Assembly (NCBI GenBank): GCA_051294375.1
Contig: CM119264.1
Coordinates: 16,465,245-16,529,244, forward strand
Origin: Paraspadella gotoi
Lineage: Eukaryota > Animalia > Chaetognatha
DNA length: 64,000 nt
Direction: 5' to 3'
Both the position numbers and the translations under genes were made by a program. The notes under the pieces were generated by a model, which made no database searches, was not told where the DNA came from, and saw nothing but the letters and a program-made list of their open reading frames with translations. Shown piece by piece: positions 61,301 through 64,000 of the stretch (the stretch's first letter is position 1; each line of letters opens with the position of its first letter).

Positions 61301-62160
61301 ACAAAAAAAAAATGAAGAACAAAAAAATAAAGAGAAAAACTCGTTCTACTTTCTTTCTCTCTTTCTCTCTCTCTCTCTCTCCTTTTCCTTCACCCATCCA
61401 ACTCCTTTCCTTCGTCTCTAGTCTCCCTTCGGATTGTTTGTTCTCTCGTCTGGATTTCGTTTGTCGACCAATCGCGTGGATGCGAAAAGAGTTAACAACC
61501 ATTGGCGTCATTTGCGTTACGAAACGATATGGAAAAAAATGTTTAGAAAGTGAAATTAATTCCAGTCGACGTTTCCCTCCTCCAACCCACAACTGTTTGC
61601 AAGGATGTTTCGATTTTGCGAGACGTTTCGTTACATTCAGGATGTGAGCGTTTAGGGATAATGCAATAAAATGTCAAATCAAAATAGCTACACGTATCTG
61701 AAAATTTGCTGATTCGTAATTGTCTTCAAGTTTAGAAATTTTATGTGTAATGCTGTGACGAGCAGATTCTTACTAAAAATTTAAAAAAATTCACGCTGAT
61801 CCACGAACCGGCGTCCGTCCGTCCGACCGTTCTCGGCAACCAGACTTATTGACACCGAAACTGTTGCTTCGACGCCCTTTCCGTTTGGACAGTCAGAACC
61901 TCGTTACTGTAATCGTAATCAGCTCCTTTCATTTTTTTGGTCAAATGTCCGCCGGCGATTGGCTTTTTCATATTCGAGCGACACAACAGCGTCGAACCCT
62001 GATTGGGAACGAGCGTCGTCTGCGACGTTTATGGGGTAGAGACTCCATTGGTCCGTCGGTCCCACGTGACGTCATGGGCGGGTGATCTATTGTTGACTTA
62101 AAAACCGTCGATTCTCGTCTCATTGTAAAGAGGAATCGATATGAATGAAGCGGGAGTGGC

Positions 62161-62226
<66 letters not shown>

Positions 62227-62562
62227 TTTGGTACCCCATTTAATTCTTTTTTAACCGATCTTTCACGATGTCGAAAATTAGTCTCGACCGAATAAAGCCT
62301 AAGGATTTCAAAATACGAATATTTCGATCAGTACAAAAACTAAATTGCTCTGCTTGCCTAGGGACTAGTTGAAACAGATATATGTAATCTGTAATTTGTA
62401 TATCATGTATTTTCATAGATTAAAAATATACCTTAAAAATAATTAATTCATTCGTATACCTAAAGCAACTTAGGCTCACTTTTTTTAACTAGCAGTAACG
62501 TCAGTCATACAGTCTCTGAACTGCCTCCAAAAATGACGGCTCAGCTGCAGCAGCCGCCGCAG
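55625..62562 (+). repeat. Copy 2 of the ~7-kb tandem duplication (indel-rich; likely assembly redundancy)
   Basis: Same sequence as 48421-55599 with scattered 1-bp indels; separated from copy 1 by a 25-N gap. Confidence 0.92.
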
Positions 62563-62849
62563 ACAACCTTGACCCAAAGCCAAATTAGGCCAAATTTCCC
62601 AAACCCTCGATTTTTTTTCTTTTCTTTTTTTGAATCGAAAGGAAAAAAAAGATTGAGATCAGGGAAGCCGCGAGTTTTGAAGAAAAAAAAGAAGATGAAC
62701 AAATGGAACACAGAAAATAATTGGCTGTTTAGAGGAAGAAATAAAATATAAATATAAATGAGAATTTTATTTCATATCAATAATGACACAGTAGCATACA
62801 TCAGCAACAAAATAAACCAAATGAATAGTTTAAAGATAAATGAATAAAC

Positions 62850-62894
62850 GAATGAATGAATGAATGAATGAATGAATGAATGAATGAATGAATG
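62850..62894. repeat. (GAAT)n microsatellite
   Basis: Directly visible in the sequence. Confidence 0.9.
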
Positions 62895-64000
62895 ATAATA
62901 CAATGAATGAATATTAATTAATTAATCAATTAATCAAACGAATGAATTAATTAATTTATAAATATGAACGAAAACAAGTGAGAAAATGAAAATTATCATA
63001 ACTAAAGATAATGGAGAGATGCCGACTGAGAAAGCTATAAAAGTAAAAATAAAATAATTAATATAATAGAATAAAATAATCTACCGCCGAGGTAATAGTC
63101 GGCGATGATGAAAATGAGCGACGAAAGAAATGATTTGAAACGTTCAAACAAAGACATAGGGACTTTTGAGTCGATTGGCCAAAAATGCGACCGTCCGACA
63201 GCGATCGTGACGCACGAATGCAGCGTCGAAGATGATTGTCGTGGGTTGAGATCCTTATCTTTTCTAGGAAATCCTCTTTCTTGTGCAATAATTAAATCAT
63301 TAGACGAATCCTCACCTGACATTTTAATTTGTCACTTCTGGTAGGGATTATTCTAATTATAATGAATTGATAATGATTATGACCTTTTTTTCGTTTCTTT
63401 AGGGTTCAACATGACGAAGACGCCCGCAAAGTTCCCGTTTCAACTCGACGCTCATTCCAACTCCTTTCCACTGAAGACGATTTTCACATTTCGTAACTCT
63501 GACCTTTTAGCCTTGCCCACTCCCAGCACTCCGCGCTTCGTGATCAAACTAGAGACACCTGCCACACCTCGAAATGTTCTTTATACTTTTTCGCAAGCTG
63601 ACACCCCACGATTCAGAGAGGACAAAGACGCCGATATGCCTTGAAACACTGTCTTCGCTTCAATTTTTCATAAGCCCGACTTCGCTGCCTTAAAACCAAT
63701 CTAAAACCTAAACTATCTCAAGCCAAAATGCCTTAAACCGTTCTACCTCAAAGTGAACTACCTCAAAAAAGATCAAAAAAAACCCTGCCAAACCTTAAAG
63801 ACAAACTGAACTTTCACAATACGAGCAACCTATAACCGATCTACCTCCCAAGTATACACATGAAAAACCCTGCTGTGATCACTGACCATGTCACTAGTGC
63901 GTTTGCGTGACTAAGAAAAAAAAAGACTCATCACTGAATGAATAATTGAATATGAAAAAATCGGAAGAAATGTTCAAGCGCTTAGTCATCGATCAAAAGG

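Noticed and set aside
63870-63900. Helitron 3' end (weak hairpin followed by CTAG)
   Set aside because: The hairpin is weak, with no 5' TC end or second copy to support it.

Overview
This is eukaryotic DNA, most likely from an invertebrate animal: AT-rich, with GT-AG introns, many (GA/TC)n, (TTTC)n and (GAC)n microsatellites, and numerous N gaps. Most ORFs in the supplied track are microsatellite noise. Genes I can support: (1) a complete 6-exon, ~520-aa receptor with a signal peptide, ankyrin repeats and a secretin/adhesion-class 7TM domain but no GAIN domain (27465-29940, +); (2) a multi-exon TMC channel gene (41325-45834, -); (3) a secreted F5/8 type C (discoidin)-like gene (37596-38399+, +); (4) scattered exons of a single-pass membrane protein (12-17 kb, +). 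Mobile DNA: a decayed BEL/Pao pol (1-1750, -); a 684-bp miniature LTR retroelement with a 4-bp TSD, PBS and PPT whose LTRs each carry a tRNA-like Pol III cassette (36417-37100, -); a solo LTR of the same family (33593-33859); and a 225-bp TGT..ACA foldback element with a 4-bp TSD just 3' of the receptor gene. The ~7-kb tandem duplication at 48.4-62.6 kb is probably an assembly artefact. The most interesting items are the tRNA-LTR mini-retroelement family and the ankyrin-7TM receptor.
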